A DNA stretch of 64,000 bases. It comes from Deltaproteobacteria bacterium. Lineage in GTDB: Bacteria > Myxococcota_A > UBA796 > SXON01. The stretch lies in contig CANLGL010000014.1 in NCBI GenBank assembly GCA_947490345.1, positions 29,208 through 93,207 of the forward strand, in the 5' to 3' direction. The position numbers were made by a program, and so were the translations under genes. The notes under the pieces are model-generated. The model worked only from the letters and a program-made list of their open reading frames with translations, searched no databases and was not told the origin of the DNA. This document shows, one piece after another, positions 1-9,317 of the stretch (position 1 is its first letter; the number at the start of each line of letters is the position of its first letter).

Positions 1-1208
1 TCCTGGCACAGGGTGAAGAGCGGCGTGCCAGGGTAGGGCATCACCACCGTGGCTTGCAGGTGGTGCGCGTACCCCTCGTTCATCAGGTAGCGGGCCAGCC
101 TCAGCGACTCATAGGCGTCCTGTTTGGTCTCCCAGGGGTAGCCGACCATCAGGGTCAAGTGCGTCTGCAGGCCCGCGGCGGCCGCCATCTTGCAGCCCTC
201 GACGATCTGTTCGCGGGTCAGCGACTTGTCGAGGATGTCGATGGTGCGCTCCGACGCGCTCTCGATGCCGAGGATGAGCTTGCGGAAGCCCGCCTTCTTC
301 ATGAGGTGGACATTCTTCTCGGTGAAGTAGTCAAAGCGGAAGTTGCAGTCGAAGACGATCTTCTCGTTGATCTTCCGGTCGATCATCTCGTGACACAGAC
401 GATTGAGCCAGTTTCCGGTCGGGAGCGCGCCAGTGTCGTCGAAGATGTTCTTGGCGCCATGCCGCGCGATGAGCATCTCCATCTCGTCCGCGAGCCGCTC
501 GGGAGGCACCACGCTGAACTTTGGGTAGGTGACCGTCCACGAGCAGAAGGTGCAGCGGCCATACGGACAATCGCGGCCCGCCATCGTCCACATGAACGGG
601 AGGCGATACTTCCATTTTTCAAAGTACAGGTGCGCGTTGGTGAGGTCCCGGTCCCAGAACGGAAGCGACTCCAGTGAGTGCTGCGCCTTGTAGGTGCCGC
701 CGTCCTGGATCGAGCCGTCGTCGGCCTTCCACCAGATGCCGCTCTCCAGTGCTTTGCCCTCGGTCAGATACCAGACGATGCTGCGAAGCGAGAAGTCGTA
801 GTCCCCGCCCGTGATACAAAAGTCTGTATCAGAACACTCAAGGGTCTCGGCTGGGTTCCCGGCGATGTGGTCGCCGAACATCACCACTTTTGCGTTCGGA
901 ACCATCGTCTTGAGGCGCTGGATGATCTTCCAGTGCATGCGCACCACGGGCGACTTGGTCTCCATGGCGATGAGCTCGGGCTGGAAGTCCCGCACCATAC
1001 GGTCAAACGCCGCCCAGCCCTTCCGCTCGGCGATGCAGTCTACCCACAGCACCTCGTGCCCCATGCTCTGCAACAAGGTCGCGGCTGAGGCGGGAATGCA
1101 CGGGTAAAGGTAGCTTGGCTCGGTGAACCACTGAAATTGGCGGTTCTGCGTGAGCATGGGGCTGCCCTTCGCCGATTCGATGGGCGGGTAGGCCACCATC
1201 ACGCGCAT
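1..1208 (-). CDS. B12-binding-domain radical SAM protein (3' end runs off the window)
   Basis: Absent from the ORF track because there is no stop inside the window. My translation of the minus strand from ATG (complement of 1206-1208) gives MRVMVAYPPIESAKGSPMLTQNRQFQWF...AGRDCPYGRCTFCSW...GIESASERTIDILDKS...MVGYPWET. That is a B12-binding-like N-terminal part followed by a Cys-triad radical SAM core. The + strand ORFs 54..677 and 678..1088 are its antisense shadows. Confidence 0.8.
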   Translation of the reverse strand, partial: MRVMVAYPPIESAKGSPMLTQNRQFQWFTEPSYLYPCIPASAATLLQSMGHEVLWVDCIAERKGWAAFDRMVRDFQPELIAMETKSPVVRMHWKIIQRLKTMVPNAKVVMFGDHIAGNPAETLECSDTDFCITGGDYDFSLRSIVWYLTEGKALESGIWWKADDGSIQDGGTYKAQHSLESLPFWDRDLTNAHLYFEKWKYRLPFMWTMAGRDCPYGRCTFCSWTVTYPKFSVVPPERLADEMEMLIARHGAKNIFDDTGALPTGNWLNRLCHEMIDRKINEKIVFDCNFRFDYFTEKNVHLMKKAGFRKLILGIESASERTIDILDKSLTREQIVEGCKMAAAAGLQTHLTLMVGYPWETKQDAYESLRLARYLMNEGYAHHLQATVVMPYPGTPLFTLCQ

Positions 1209-1315
1209 CGAAAGCTCCCAGTCTGGCAAAGGTGCCCCGAACTGCGGGCGGCGTCAACGCGGAGAGGCGTCGTCGGCGGCGCACGCTACCAATCCAGCGC
1301 GGGTTAGGCCGCCGC

Positions 1316-1684
1316 ATGCTTGACCGCGTTCATGGCACCGGCTTCTCGTACGACGTTCGCATCGGCTTCCACGAGTACGAACGACACATCCGCCAACGTA
1401 TCGTCATCGATTGGGAGGCCGAAACCAACTGGCGCCCGGCCGCACAGGCGGATCGGGCTCGCGACATCGTCGATTACTACGAGGCGAACCTGAAGATCGG
1501 GCAGCTCGTCCAAGGCAAGGAGTACCGCTTGATCGAGGCGGTGGCCGAGGAGGTTGCCGGGCTCCTGGTGCGGGAGTTCCGCATCGAGCGGGTTCGGGTC
1601 CGCGTCACCAAGGCGCCGTTCGACATGCCGAACGTAGGCAGCGTCGCGGTAGAGTGCTGGCGTGCGAAGGAGGACTTCGCCTAG
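1316..1684 (+). CDS. folB: dihydroneopterin aldolase family protein
   Basis: Internal ATG at 1316 of ORF 1232..1684. MLDRVHGTGFSYDVRIGFHEYERHIRQRIVIDWEAE...DIVDYYEA...RIERVRVRVTKAPFDMP matches the FolB fold pattern. The Arg-rich upstream 28 codons look non-coding. Confidence 0.7.
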   Translation: MLDRVHGTGFSYDVRIGFHEYERHIRQRIVIDWEAETNWRPAAQADRARDIVDYYEANLKIGQLVQGKEYRLIEAVAEEVAGLLVREFRIERVRVRVTKAPFDMPNVGSVAVECWRAKEDFA

Positions 1685-2319
1685 TGCTCCGCGTCCTGAG
1701 CAATACGGCCCTGTCGTTGGACGGCCGCATCGCGACGGCTCAATACGACCACTTCGCCCTCGGAACCAAGCTCGATCGGGCGTACATGAGCGTGTTGCGC
1801 GCCCGCGCGGAAGCCGTGCTTGTCGGCGGTCGAACCTTCCGCAACTGGCCGCTGCCGCTCGTGCCGGACGCTGCTGCGCTCGAGGAGCTGCGCGATACCG
1901 CGTTCTTCGATGCCGAGGCTCCGGCGATCGAGGGGCGGCGCTGGATCAACGCGGTCGTCACGCGGAGCGGTGAACTTCCCGAGAGCCCGCGGTTCTGGAC
2001 CGACCCTCGTGTGGAACCGGTGGTGTACGCCAGCGGGTCCGGGCCCACCGACCCGGCGTCCATCGCCGCGGACCTCGAGCGGCGCGGGGTGCGTACGCTG
2101 CTGTTGGAGTGCGGCGGTGACCTGCTCTCCCAGTGGCTCGCCGCGGGGCTCGTGGACGAGGTCTACCTCACCATCTGCCCGCTCCTGCTGGGTGGCCGTG
2201 GCGCACCTTCGCTCGTAGACGGGTCAGGCTTCTCCTACCAACTCGCGCCACGCCTTGAGTTGGTGCATGCCCGCGCGGTCGGAGACGAGCTGTTCTGTCG
2301 GTATCGGGTACGGAGCTAA
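1684..2319 (+). CDS. RibD C-terminal domain / dihydrofolate-reductase-like reductase
   Basis: GTG at 1684 overlaps the folB stop (TAGTG). VLRVLSNTALSLDGRIA...VLVGGRTF...LLLECGGDLLSQWLAAGLVDEVYLTICPLLLGG is the RibD_C/DHFR-like pattern. The first 91 codons of ORF 1411..2319 overlap folB and were rejected. Confidence 0.75.
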   Translation: MLRVLSNTALSLDGRIATAQYDHFALGTKLDRAYMSVLRARAEAVLVGGRTFRNWPLPLVPDAAALEELRDTAFFDAEAPAIEGRRWINAVVTRSGELPESPRFWTDPRVEPVVYASGSGPTDPASIAADLERRGVRTLLLECGGDLLSQWLAAGLVDEVYLTICPLLLGGRGAPSLVDGSGFSYQLAPRLELVHARAVGDELFCRYRVRS

Positions 2320-2335
2320 GCGCGAGCCCACGGAC

Positions 2336-3244
2336 CTACTCGGGCCACCACGCCCCCGCCGCCGCGACCGGCTGGCCAACCGAGGTCAACGCCGCGGCCA
2401 GCGCTTCGAAGCGGGCGCCCTCAACCTTCCCGACGGTGCCGCTCCCCACAACAAAGGAGCGTTGCCGAGTAAACACACAATCGATGCGACCGTCGCCCAT
2501 CTCCGGGTTTTGCTTCACGATCTCCGCGTTGGCAACGGCCGGATCGGCCAGGTAGTGTTCCCACCCCTTGGCGCTGGCGGAAACGAAGGCGCTCACCCAG
2601 GGAGCCGTTTTATCGGCGCCCCGCACCACTGCCAACGACGCGTAGGGGTTCCACCCCGCGTCCCGAGCCGCGAGGAAGCCGACCGACAGACCCTGCGCCT
2701 CGGCGAGGCAGGGCTCGCTGGTGACGTAGGCCTGCTGGGCCATCTGGGGGTTGGCCGCGAACGGCGCGATCGTCCCGGTCGTGGGCACAAGCTCCACCTT
2801 CCCCTCCCACCCGTACTTTGCCCAGATGAACTGCTGATAGGGCGAGCCGGCCTCCGCCGCGACTGGGCCGGTGACGTCCTCGTAGCGCGTCGGTCCAGGC
2901 ACGTGCACCAGGAGCCCGACCGGCGAGTCCTGGAAGCCGGCGAAGACCGCGACCGCGTCCAGCCCCTTGGCGCGGCGAACCAGCAGATCGTCGGCGCCCG
3001 TCAGGACGACGTCGCTCCGGCCGGCCGCCAGCAACTCCAGGACGGGAGCACCCGGGCCGCCGGGGACGATGGTGATGTCCAGGCCGGCGTCTCGGTACAG
3101 GCCACGCAGCGCGGCGTCGTAGAAGCCGCCGAACTCGGGCTCGGGGTACCAGTTCAGCGCGAGCGCGAGCTTCTGCAACGCAGGCGCGGCCGCGTTTTCA
3201 GCGGGGTCGGGCGGGTCGGAGCACGCCGCCAGGAGGGCCAACAT
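2336..3244 (-). CDS. NMT1/THI5-like ABC-type substrate-binding lipoprotein
   Basis: MLALLAAC lipobox. LALALNWYPEPEFGGFYDAALRGLYRDAGLDITIVPGGPG... is typical of the nitrate/sulfonate/bicarbonate (NMT1) periplasmic binding family. Confidence 0.75.
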   Translation of the reverse strand: MLALLAACSDPPDPAENAAAPALQKLALALNWYPEPEFGGFYDAALRGLYRDAGLDITIVPGGPGAPVLELLAAGRSDVVLTGADDLLVRRAKGLDAVAVFAGFQDSPVGLLVHVPGPTRYEDVTGPVAAEAGSPYQQFIWAKYGWEGKVELVPTTGTIAPFAANPQMAQQAYVTSEPCLAEAQGLSVGFLAARDAGWNPYASLAVVRGADKTAPWVSAFVSASAKGWEHYLADPAVANAEIVKQNPEMGDGRIDCVFTRQRSFVVGSGTVGKVEGARFEALAAALTSVGQPVAAAGAWWPE

Positions 3245-3246
3245 CG

Positions 3247-4677
3247 TCAGTCGAACTTCCAGCCGACACCGCCCCAGGCGGCGTAGAGGGGCAGAGGTTC
3301 ATAGGCAGGCTGACCGGCCTCTCGCGCCACGTCGATTCCAGCGCCGACCACCATGTTGGCGACCACTTCCAGGTCAGACGCGACCGCAACGCGGCCTTTG
3401 AGGCCGACACCGAGGTACCACGGCAACATCGGACCGACGGTCACCTGCACCCAGGGCAGCCCGACGCCGACGTGTGGGTACACGAAGCTGCGGAGCGCCT
3501 CGTCACCGGACGGGAGCTCGTGAAACTCCCCGACCGCAAACTGCGCGGAGACGCCAGCGCTGGTGGCGAAGAGGCCCTTTCGATACGCCACATCGACCGA
3601 GACCGCTGGCGCGACGGCATTGACGGTCGCCGCGTCGTAGGGCGCCCCGGCGTCGACATTCTGCAAGAAGAAGTCGCCGGTCGACACCCAGCCCGCGCCC
3701 AGCGCGGCGTGGACGGAGATCGGCGGGATCTTCGCCTTTTCCGGCGCGACGAGCTTGGTCATCTCGGCGGTGCCACGATCGACGCGGGCCAGCTTCGGAC
3801 GACCGGCACCCGGAAGTGCCAGGTACACCGGCTCTTTGGCGCCCGAGATCGGCACCATTGCCGCCTCGGAAACGGCCCACCCCGCATCAGCACTCTTCAC
3901 CAGCGCCACCAGCGCGTCCCGCTCAACCGGCCCGAAGGGAGCTTCCGCGCGCATGGTCGCGCCTTCCGTCAGCTCGGCGTCTCCGCTGAGGAGCTCGGCG
4001 CCGCCCGCGCGGACACTGATGAAATGTCGGCCTGGAACCAGAAGCGTGCGTGACCCGGCCGCCGCGTTGACCCTCTTGCCGTCCAGCCATACCTCGGCAC
4101 CACTGGCCAGCTTTCCAATCTCCAGGGACGCCGCGGGCATCGCGTTCATCAGCGCCCGGACCCCGTCGTACGACAGCCGCTGGGGCTTCTCCGGCAGGTC
4201 GGTCTCATCGGGATTGGCCGTCCCGTCCAGCGCGACCGCGTCCACCCAGGCCGCCACCACCAGCGCGGGGCCCAGGGTCCGGGTGTACGGCAGTGACGCC
4301 GGGTCCAGGCCAAGGCGGTCGCCGAAGTACCGGTGCACCGCGTTGCCCTCGACGAGCAGGGCATGTCGCATCAGCTCCGCGTCTTCTGCGGAGCGCAGGC
4401 GGGTGACGTCGGTCGTGGCCTTGCGCAAGCGCGCCATGATCTTGAGCTCGCCATCGAACTCGCTGAGCAGCGGCCGCACCGAGGCCAGCTCCGCGCGGAG
4501 GGCGTCGATGGCGGCGGAGCCGTCCCCGGTGGACGTGCTCACCAGGTCGTCGAGCGGCATCGCTTTGACGCCCGGCACCGTCCGCGCCACGGCGTCGGTG
4601 TCGGCCGGTGCGGGCGGGGCAACCCAGTAGACGCGGTCGGCGTGCGCCGCGGTGATCAGCAGGAGGACTAACGACAT
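3247..4677 (-). CDS. hypothetical secreted protein (possible C-terminal beta-rich membrane domain)
   Basis: 476-aa ORF with signal-like start MSLVLLLITAAHA and coding-like composition. It overlaps the upstream kinase stop by 10 nt and ends 3 nt before the next gene. I recognise no family. Confidence 0.6.
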   Translation of the reverse strand: MSLVLLLITAAHADRVYWVAPPAPADTDAVARTVPGVKAMPLDDLVSTSTGDGSAAIDALRAELASVRPLLSEFDGELKIMARLRKATTDVTRLRSAEDAELMRHALLVEGNAVHRYFGDRLGLDPASLPYTRTLGPALVVAAWVDAVALDGTANPDETDLPEKPQRLSYDGVRALMNAMPAASLEIGKLASGAEVWLDGKRVNAAAGSRTLLVPGRHFISVRAGGAELLSGDAELTEGATMRAEAPFGPVERDALVALVKSADAGWAVSEAAMVPISGAKEPVYLALPGAGRPKLARVDRGTAEMTKLVAPEKAKIPPISVHAALGAGWVSTGDFFLQNVDAGAPYDAATVNAVAPAVSVDVAYRKGLFATSAGVSAQFAVGEFHELPSGDEALRSFVYPHVGVGLPWVQVTVGPMLPWYLGVGLKGRVAVASDLEVVANMVVGAGIDVAREAGQPAYEPLPLYAAWGGVGWKFD

Positions 4678-6353
4678 GCGAGTTTGCCCTCGGAGAGCGT
4701 GCAGTCGACCTTACGGGGTTCGACGACGCTGACGGTGGTGGAGTCGCCCCCGGCGCTGACGGTGCAGGTGCCGGGGGAAAAGGTTTGCATCAGCACGTTG
4801 CCGGCCCCCGACGCGCTCTTGTCGCCGCAGACCACGGACATCGGCTCGACGCTGTTGGCAAGCGCGAACTTCGCGGAGCGGAGCCGCTCGACCACCGCCG
4901 GCTCGGCAGGCGGCGCTGGCGGGACCAAGGTCGGGAGCTTGGGATCGTTCCGGGTGAGTTCGGGTCGGTTGCCGACGGACGCTGGTTTTTGGGGCGCCAC
5001 GACCGCCACCGGCACGACGGCCACTGGCGACTCCGGCACGGCCACCACCTCGATCGGCGCGACGGGTGCGGTGACGACAGGTGCACCGACGGCCGGCCGT
5101 GTCGGGGTCGACGTTGGCCCCGACGGTCGCATCGCGATCCAGGCCACAGCGCCGACGATGCCGAGGGCCACCAGCGCGCCTGCGATCCAGGCCATGCGCA
5201 GCGGGCCGCCGACTTTGGCCGGCTCATCGGGCGACTCCAACGTCAACGTCGCCGACGAGCGGGTGACCGCCGCTCGTTCGGGCTCCGGGCCGTCGACCGG
5301 GAGCACCATCGTGGCGGAGTTCACGATCGCCTGGCCCGAGCCATCGGACTCGGCGAGGATGCGGCCACGCACGCTGGTATCGTCGGGAACGAGGGACGTG
5401 AGCAGGGGGACGGCGACGGCACACCACCCGGTCAGGTCGAGCTCGTTGCGGGCGTTGAACAGGCCCCGGGCGCGCTCCTCGACGGAGTGCGCGCTGGGTC
5501 GGTCCTCGGGCTCGTAGGCCAGCATGTCGCGGAAGAGGTCGGCGGTTCCGACGTCGGCGATCGACTCGAGGAGCACCGAGCCCCGCCGCACCTGGTCCGC
5601 CTGGGGTTCGGGCGCCAGCTCGGAGCGACCATGCGTCGTACGTGTGAGCAGCTCGTAGAGCACGACGCCGAGCGCGTAGACATCGCCGGCGCTGGTTTCA
5701 TCACCGCCGAGCAGGCGTTCTGGGGACATGTACCCCAAAGAGCCATACCGCAAGCGTTCGGTTTTTGCCTCGCGGCCGGCGAAATCGGCGCGAGCAACAC
5801 CGAAGTCGAGCACCTTGAGGTCCCCTCCGGCCGTGACCCGGATGTTGGTGGGCTTGATGTCGCGGTGCACCACGGCGAGCGGCCGGTCGTCGGTGCCGGG
5901 CGTCTCGCTGGCGGCGCGGAGCGCACTGGCCACCGCGACAACCACTTCGAGGGCGGCGCGCACGGTCAGCGTGGGGATGTTGGCGTCGGGCGGCGCCGCG
6001 ACGGCGGCTTCCAGATCGACGCCGGCCACGTACTCCATGACCAGCGCCCAGCGCCCGTCCAGCCGCACCAGGTCGTCCACGCGGACGATGTGCCGGTGCT
6101 GCAATCGGCCGAGGAGCCGAGCCTCGTCGCGAAGGCGCGTACTCGCGTCGCTTGCCTGATCCCAGGTGGGGTTGAGCAACTTCAGCGCGACCCGACGGCG
6201 GAAGCCGCCGGCGCCCTCCATCTCCGCCAGGTAGACGGTACCGAAGCTGCCGACCCCGAGCGTGCGCAGCAGCTCGAAGCGGCGGCCGGGAGTCGTTGCG
6301 CTAGTAGTTGCCGGCAAGCGGGGTGCCCAGGTCACATTCGCCGGGGGTGACAT
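4668..6353 (-). CDS. serine/threonine protein kinase with TM segment and Cys-containing extracytoplasmic C-terminal domain
   Basis: LGVGSFGTVY...ALK (ATP site), HRDIKPTNIRV, DFGVA and SPE motifs. TM LRMAWIAGALVALGIVGAVAWIAM followed by a Pro-rich linker. The start is uncertain: ATG 6353, GTG 6335 or TTG 6317. All overlap the 3' end of the upstream gene. Confidence 0.85.
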   Translation of the reverse strand: MSPPANVTWAPRLPATTSATTPGRRFELLRTLGVGSFGTVYLAEMEGAGGFRRRVALKLLNPTWDQASDASTRLRDEARLLGRLQHRHIVRVDDLVRLDGRWALVMEYVAGVDLEAAVAAPPDANIPTLTVRAALEVVVAVASALRAASETPGTDDRPLAVVHRDIKPTNIRVTAGGDLKVLDFGVARADFAGREAKTERLRYGSLGYMSPERLLGGDETSAGDVYALGVVLYELLTRTTHGRSELAPEPQADQVRRGSVLLESIADVGTADLFRDMLAYEPEDRPSAHSVEERARGLFNARNELDLTGWCAVAVPLLTSLVPDDTSVRGRILAESDGSGQAIVNSATMVLPVDGPEPERAAVTRSSATLTLESPDEPAKVGGPLRMAWIAGALVALGIVGAVAWIAMRPSGPTSTPTRPAVGAPVVTAPVAPIEVVAVPESPVAVVPVAVVAPQKPASVGNRPELTRNDPKLPTLVPPAPPAEPAVVERLRSAKFALANSVEPMSVVCGDKSASGAGNVLMQTFSPGTCTVSAGGDSTTVSVVEPRKVDCTLSEGKLACR

Positions 6354-6744
6354 TGACGACCAGCGTGTCCGTGATGGGCCCGCCTTCGTCATCGAGCAGC
6401 TCGACATGATCGTTGCCAACCGCCACGGCTTCGACCTCATAGAGTCCAGCCGTCGTCAGCGCCACGAGGCAGTACGGGGTGACGCACGGGGTGTACATCC
6501 CGTCGTAGATGAGGTGGTAGTGTCCCTCACCCGGTTTGGGGTCCGGGAACAGCACGTGGTCGGTCAAACGCAGGTTCGGCGTGGAAACCACGAACATGGC
6601 GCAGCCCGTGGCCGGGGTCTCGGGTTTGGGCCAGTCGATGGAGAGGGAAACTCCGGTGTCGGCGGGCGCGTCACCAGTGTCCTCAGCAGCGGGGGTGTAC
6701 GGCGGCGGTGCGCAGGCACTAATCGCAACGAGTAGGGTCCACAT
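6301..6744 (-). CDS. small lipoprotein, DUF4399-like (GEGHYHLIYDG motif)
   Basis: Internal ATG at 6744 gives MWTLLVAISAC (lipobox). The upstream 75 codons of ORF 6301..6969 are Ser/Pro junk antisense to the FG-GAP gene start. The G-x-GH-x-HL-x-x-D motif recalls DUF4399, from memory only. Confidence 0.55.
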   Translation of the reverse strand: MWTLLVAISACAPPPYTPAAEDTGDAPADTGVSLSIDWPKPETPATGCAMFVVSTPNLRLTDHVLFPDPKPGEGHYHLIYDGMYTPCVTPYCLVALTTAGLYEVEAVAVGNDHVELLDDEGGPITDTLVVNVTPGECDLGTPLAGNY

Positions 6745-6799
6745 GGGCGGGAGTGTAACGCACCGGCCCGGCGGGTTATGGTGGTTGGGGGTGGCCGAC

Positions 6800-8278
6800 A
6801 TGCTGATCATGGTGCTTTCCGCCTGCCTGCCCCCGATTCTGTCGGACACCGGGGTGGCGCCGGACTCGGGAGACAGCGCGGATACGAGTGACTCGGGGGA
6901 TCCGATCGACGGGGACGGCGACGGGGACGGGTTCGTCGCCGACGACTGTGACAACGCCGACTCGGCCACTCATCCCGGCGCGTCGGAGAAGCTGGACTTC
7001 AAGGACCAGGACTGCGACGAAATCACAGTCGAGACGGTCACCGATCACGTGGGGGCAGTGTCCCACGCCGGCGTTGGCTTCGTCCTGTCGATCTCGACCT
7101 TCGCCGAGATGGGTGCGGGCGGGCCAGAAGTGGCGGCCGGGATCATTCGCGACGGCGTCAGCTCGGTGCAGGTGGCGCGGGTGGACGACCTCCGCAGCGA
7201 CCTGACCGGGGGCACCGCGCTCACCCACACCGGCGCGAAGAGCTTCGGCTTCGACCTCCTCGCCCAGGACCTCGACGGCGACGGCGTCACGGACCTCGCG
7301 ATTGGGGACCCGGTGATGGGGGCGTACATCTTTGCCGCTGGCAGCCTCCTGGGGCCGGCCGGATCGAGCCTGAACACGGACACGTTCCCGACGCTTCAGG
7401 ACCGCGTGGGTGGGGGTTCGGTGGGCTTCGCCTCCGCGGTGATCGGCCAGACCTTCGCGGTTACCCACTCCGGTGGCGCCGGCAACTCCGTGTACCTGCT
7501 CGACGCGGGTACCCTGTTGACCACTGCGAACTCCGGTCTGGTTGGGGGGGGCGTCATCGTGAGCACGGAGACTGCCTCCGGGTTCGGCGCCAATCTTGCC
7601 GGGCTGAAGGTCGATGGCGACCTCGTCGCCGATCTCATTGTGGGCGCGCCATTCGGTGCCGCGCTCAAGGGGCAGGTCTTCCTCTTTGACGGCACGGCGG
7701 TGTCCCAAGGCGCTCCGATTCTCACGGAGGAGGATGCGGACTGCACCCTCACCGGCGAGAAGGTCTCCCTGCGCCTCGGCGGCGGGGCGATTCCAGCACG
7801 CGATGCCACCGGTGACGGGACCGATGATCTGCTCCTGGCCACCTATGCGACGGGTGGGGATGCCGAGGAGCGCACCTGGTATCTGGTGCCGGGCGGCCCC
7901 TTTTGCGGCACGCAGACAATTGAGAATGCGGCATTCGCCGTCATCCGGGGGACCCGCCCGTACGTGCTCGATGCTGGTCTTGACGTCAGTCTTCTCTCCG
8001 CGACCAGCGCCGATCTCGATGAGGACGGCATCAACGAGCTCATCGCCGGCTCGCCGAGCGAAACCCGCGGCACGGTCTACATCTTCGCCGGTCATACCTT
8101 CGCCACCCGCGGAACCTATGAGTTGAGCGACGCTTCAGCCGGGCTGGTCGGTCAGGTGCCCGACGACATCTTCGGCGCGGTGGTGGGCGTCGGCGGGTCG
8201 GTGGGGGACGGCGCGCTGCTGATCAGCGCACCTGGCCAGGAACAGGGTACCTTCTGGTCTGTCGATCTCGCGTTCTGA
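6800..8278 (+). CDS. FG-GAP repeat lipoprotein with N-terminal cysteine 'putative metal-binding' motif
   Basis: ATG at 6800 gives MLIMVLSAC. DGDGDGFVADDCDNADSATHPGASEKLDFKDQDCDE, then repeated FG..L...DLDGDG..DL.IG/VDGD..ADLIVGAP/DEDGINELIAGSP blades. The first 88 codons of ORF 6536..8278 overlap the divergent lipoprotein gene. Confidence 0.8.
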   Translation: MLIMVLSACLPPILSDTGVAPDSGDSADTSDSGDPIDGDGDGDGFVADDCDNADSATHPGASEKLDFKDQDCDEITVETVTDHVGAVSHAGVGFVLSISTFAEMGAGGPEVAAGIIRDGVSSVQVARVDDLRSDLTGGTALTHTGAKSFGFDLLAQDLDGDGVTDLAIGDPVMGAYIFAAGSLLGPAGSSLNTDTFPTLQDRVGGGSVGFASAVIGQTFAVTHSGGAGNSVYLLDAGTLLTTANSGLVGGGVIVSTETASGFGANLAGLKVDGDLVADLIVGAPFGAALKGQVFLFDGTAVSQGAPILTEEDADCTLTGEKVSLRLGGGAIPARDATGDGTDDLLLATYATGGDAEERTWYLVPGGPFCGTQTIENAAFAVIRGTRPYVLDAGLDVSLLSATSADLDEDGINELIAGSPSETRGTVYIFAGHTFATRGTYELSDASAGLVGQVPDDIFGAVVGVGGSVGDGALLISAPGQEQGTFWSVDLAF

Positions 8279-8284
8279 GGGTCC

Positions 8285-8758
8285 ATGTCGATTTTGAAGT
8301 CTCTGCTCCACGGTCGGCCGAATGGTCTGCGCGCTCGACTCTTCGGGAAACCCGCGCCATCCTCCTCGGCTCCCCGGGCCCCGGAGGCCAGCTTCGAGAC
8401 CGGTGAAAAGGCGCTTGGGCTCCGAAAGGAGGCCCCCAAAGACGTCACGCCGCCGGATGGCTTCGAGGTTGTCTTGCACAAGGACGCGCTCCCCGACGGC
8501 CAGATCATCGAAGTGATCATGGGCGGGACTTCAGTCGCTGTCGCGCGTGTCGACGGCGTCCACTACGCGATCGCCAACACCTGCGCACACGCGGGTGGCC
8601 CGCTCGGCGATGGGAAGCTGGCCGGCTCGACCGTCACCTGTCCGTACCATGGCTGGAAGTACGACGTCACCACCGGTCGGTGCCTGACGGATACGTCGGC
8701 CTCGGTGAAGACCTTTCCGGTGCGAATCGTCGGCGACGCGGTGTGCGTCCAGCTCTAA
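8285..8758 (+). CDS. Rieske [2Fe-2S] domain protein
   Basis: CAHAGGPL...CPYHGWKY is the C-x-H ... C-x-x-H Rieske motif. An N-terminal region of about 65 aa is low-complexity. Confidence 0.85.
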   Translation: MSILKSLLHGRPNGLRARLFGKPAPSSSAPRAPEASFETGEKALGLRKEAPKDVTPPDGFEVVLHKDALPDGQIIEVIMGGTSVAVARVDGVHYAIANTCAHAGGPLGDGKLAGSTVTCPYHGWKYDVTTGRCLTDTSASVKTFPVRIVGDAVCVQL

Positions 8759-8767
8759 CGAGCAGCG

Positions 8768-8792
8768 GGGGAAGGGCCTGCGCCCCTTCCCC
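8768..8792. terminator. GC-rich hairpin between convergent Rieske and rpmB genes
   Basis: GGGGAAGGG (8768-8776) pairs with CCCTTCCCC (8784-8792) around a 7-nt loop, 10 nt after the Rieske stop. No U-tract, so its function as an intrinsic terminator is uncertain. Confidence 0.35.
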
Positions 8793-8989
8793 TACCGCGC
8801 CATTCCCTTCGGCCTCCAACCTGCGGTTTGCGGCCTGCGGCGCGCGGCGCGTTGGTAACGCGCCGCGACGTGTCGCTCTCCCCATCCCGCCCAGCCGCAG
8901 ACCGGCCCCTGACGCTCGGGCGTTTCATGGGCCTGGGAGTCGCTGCACGCGCCATGGGTGACCAAGCCGAGCCGGCCACGCGCCTGATG

Positions 8990-9220
8990 TCACCCCGCCG
9001 CGAGACCCTGGTCGCGCAAGAACTGGCCCAGCGTCATCTTCCGAAGCGTGCGCAGCACGCGGGTAGAGAGCTTCAGCGTGATGAAGCGGCTTTCTTCCGC
9101 GTACCACACCTTCTTCATCTGAAGATTCGGAAGCTGACGCTTCTTGGTCTTCACATTGGAATGCGACACGTTGTTCGCGACGTTGGGGCGCTTTCCGGTC
9201 AGGTCGCAGCGGCGTGCCAT
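8990..9220 (-). CDS. rpmB: 50S ribosomal protein L28
   Basis: MARRCDLTGKRPNVANNVSHSNVKTKKRQLPNLQ... is the canonical L28 N-terminus. ATG is the complement of 9218-9220 with AAGAGGA upstream. The rest of ORF 8990..10141 was rejected. Confidence 0.95.
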   Translation of the reverse strand: MARRCDLTGKRPNVANNVSHSNVKTKKRQLPNLQMKKVWYAEESRFITLKLSTRVLRTLRKMTLGQFLRDQGLAAG

Positions 9221-9317
9221 GAAATCCTCTTGCTTCGAAGCCCGGGCGTTTACCCGGCTGGGCCCTCGGGCGCAACCCCCTTGATTCTGAGCCCAGCGCG
9301 TGTGAAGGCGAAGAGGC

